This document shows, piece after piece, positions 30,790-32,000 of a stretch of DNA of 32,000 bases. This DNA is from Telmatocola sphagniphila. Its GTDB lineage: Bacteria; Planctomycetota; Planctomycetia; Gemmatales; Gemmataceae. The notes below the pieces were generated by a model, which was not told the DNA's origin, made no database searches, and saw only the letters and a list, made by a program, of their open reading frames with translations. A program made the translations under genes and the position numbers. The stretch spans positions 570,001-602,000 of the forward strand of contig NZ_CP074694.1 in assembly GCF_018398935.1 (NCBI RefSeq), given 5' to 3'. The first letter of the stretch is position 1. The number at the start of each line of letters is the position of its first letter.

Positions 30790-31977
30790 TTAAGCCTTAG
30801 CTTCCTGAAGCGCCCCGGGCAGGATTTTCAGAAGAGCTTCGATCTCGTCTTCGGTGTTATAAAAATGGGTGGAGAATCGAATAATTAGGCGGTCGGGGCG
30901 TTCGACAATGGGGATTTCGATGCGGTGTTTCCAGATCGCTTCCCGCAATTTCACCGGGTGAATTCCTTCCGGTAAATTAAAAGCGGTCAGTGAGCCGCAA
31001 CTGCGCCGATCCGCCGGGGTCGCCGGTTTGAGAGCGACTGTCTCTCGCATTCGCCGCCGGACGTAATTCGACAATTCTTCAATTTTGCTTCTAATCGCCT
31101 GCCAGCCAATTTCGGTTTGAAATCGAATCGCTTCCGGGCACGCCAGCCACGGGCAGATATCGCGGGTACCGTTGAATTCCAAGTGCCGGATGCGCCGGGT
31201 GGATCCGAACTCATCGGGGGCATCGAGATCGGTTCGCGGATAATGGTAGCCCCAGCTGACCTCCAGTGGCTGCAGGCGATCCTCATTTCCAGAGCCTATT
31301 GCCAGAAAGCCTGCTCCGCAGGGAGCCAGCAGCCATTTATGAAGATTGGCCGCGTAGAAATCGGCTCGGATATCATCGACGTTGAGTGGAATCATGGCCG
31401 GGGCATGGGCTCCATCCACGACGGTCAGGATTCCGCGCTTGCGAGCCTCGGTACAGAGTTCCTTGGCCGGCAAAACCAACCCAGTTGGTGACAGGACGTG
31501 GCTGAAAAAGAAGACCCGGGTACGCGCGGTCATGGCCGCGCAAGCCGCATCCACGATTTCTTGAGGGTCTTCCGGCATCGTCGGCAGCGGAAAAGTTCTT
31601 AGTGTCAGGCCGAGGCGTTTGGCCGCGCGTTCCCAGCACCAGTGCATGGCGCCATACTCATGATCGGTGAGCAATATCTCGCCCGGGGACGAGATCGTCA
31701 GCCCCGAGGCGACGAAATTGATCGAAGAGGAAACGTTATTGGTGAAGACCAGCTTTTCCGGCGTCGTTCCGAGAAACTTCGCCGTTTCTCTACGCGCTTC
31801 CCAGAGCAAAGGAGGCGCTTGCCTGACGTAAAAGTGCGTCGGCTCGGCCGCCAGCATTTGGCGGAAGCGGACTGCCGCTTCATAAACCGGGATAGGTTGC
31901 GGGCCGAAGGAGCCCGTATTGAGGTTGATGATGTCGGGGTCGAGCATCATCCGCGAACGATGATATTTCCAGTCCAT
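30790..31977 (-). CDS. Class V aminotransferase-fold PLP enzyme (cysteine desulfurase / isopenicillin-N epimerase-like)
   Basis: The 395-aa ORF has FSHVLSPTG, VDGAHA and the PLP-lysine context ANLHKWLLAPCGAGFL, which are typical of the class V fold. Confidence 0.8.
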   Translation of the reverse strand: MDWKYHRSRMMLDPDIINLNTGSFGPQPIPVYEAAVRFRQMLAAEPTHFYVRQAPPLLWEARRETAKFLGTTPEKLVFTNNVSSSINFVASGLTISSPGEILLTDHEYGAMHWCWERAAKRLGLTLRTFPLPTMPEDPQEIVDAACAAMTARTRVFFFSHVLSPTGLVLPAKELCTEARKRGILTVVDGAHAPAMIPLNVDDIRADFYAANLHKWLLAPCGAGFLAIGSGNEDRLQPLEVSWGYHYPRTDLDAPDEFGSTRRIRHLEFNGTRDICPWLACPEAIRFQTEIGWQAIRSKIEELSNYVRRRMRETVALKPATPADRRSCGSLTAFNLPEGIHPVKLREAIWKHRIEIPIVERPDRLIIRFSTHFYNTEDEIEALLKILPGALQEAKA

Positions 31978-32000
31978 GAACGATATGTTACGGGCTGACG

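Noticed and set aside
1-32000. A search for CRISPR repeats, IS or transposase genes, integrases, toxin-antitoxin pairs and rRNA or tRNA genes.
   Set aside because: I saw no regularly spaced direct repeats, no transposase or integrase motifs and no cloverleaf-compatible sequences. The only large-scale repeat is the tandem paralogy of the two kinase-tubulin-like genes.

Overview
The window looks like a chromosomal segment of a Planctomycetota-type genome. The taxonomic call is an inference from gene content: a PVC-type CxxCH heme-binding giant protein, a DUF1080 protein, several Hanks-type kinases, methanofuran/H4MPT cofactor genes and a secreted WD40 protein. By eye the GC content is about 50-55%. 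I support 21 protein-coding genes, including one dxr gene truncated at the left edge and absent from the ORF track, plus 3 rho-independent terminators. I saw no rRNA, tRNA, CRISPR array, transposase or integrase. Most genes are housekeeping or typical planctomycete accessory genes: dxr, P-II, an SDR, a metallophosphoesterase, scpA, mfnB, a NagB-LmbE fusion, a ThiS-ThiG fusion and a class V aminotransferase. The standout is a tandem pair of giant paralogous genes on the minus strand (11906-15364 and 15426-18968). Each fuses an apparently active N-terminal Ser/Thr kinase to a central tubulin/FtsZ-like GTPase module (Gly loop, LDTD, GGGTGSG or GGTGSG signature) and a roughly 550-aa unassigned C-terminal region. 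The pair appears co-transcribed with the condensin kleisin gene scpA. I interpret this as a candidate kinase-coupled cytomotive filament or chromosome-handling system. Secondary observations are a tail-anchored pseudokinase (HRD to HGL), an atypical 924-aa Hsp70-like protein, a structured 356-nt noncoding region ending in a perfect minus-strand terminator, and a sharply GC-poor 1.2-kb segment inside one ORF. All family assignments come from motif recognition by eye; no database search was possible.
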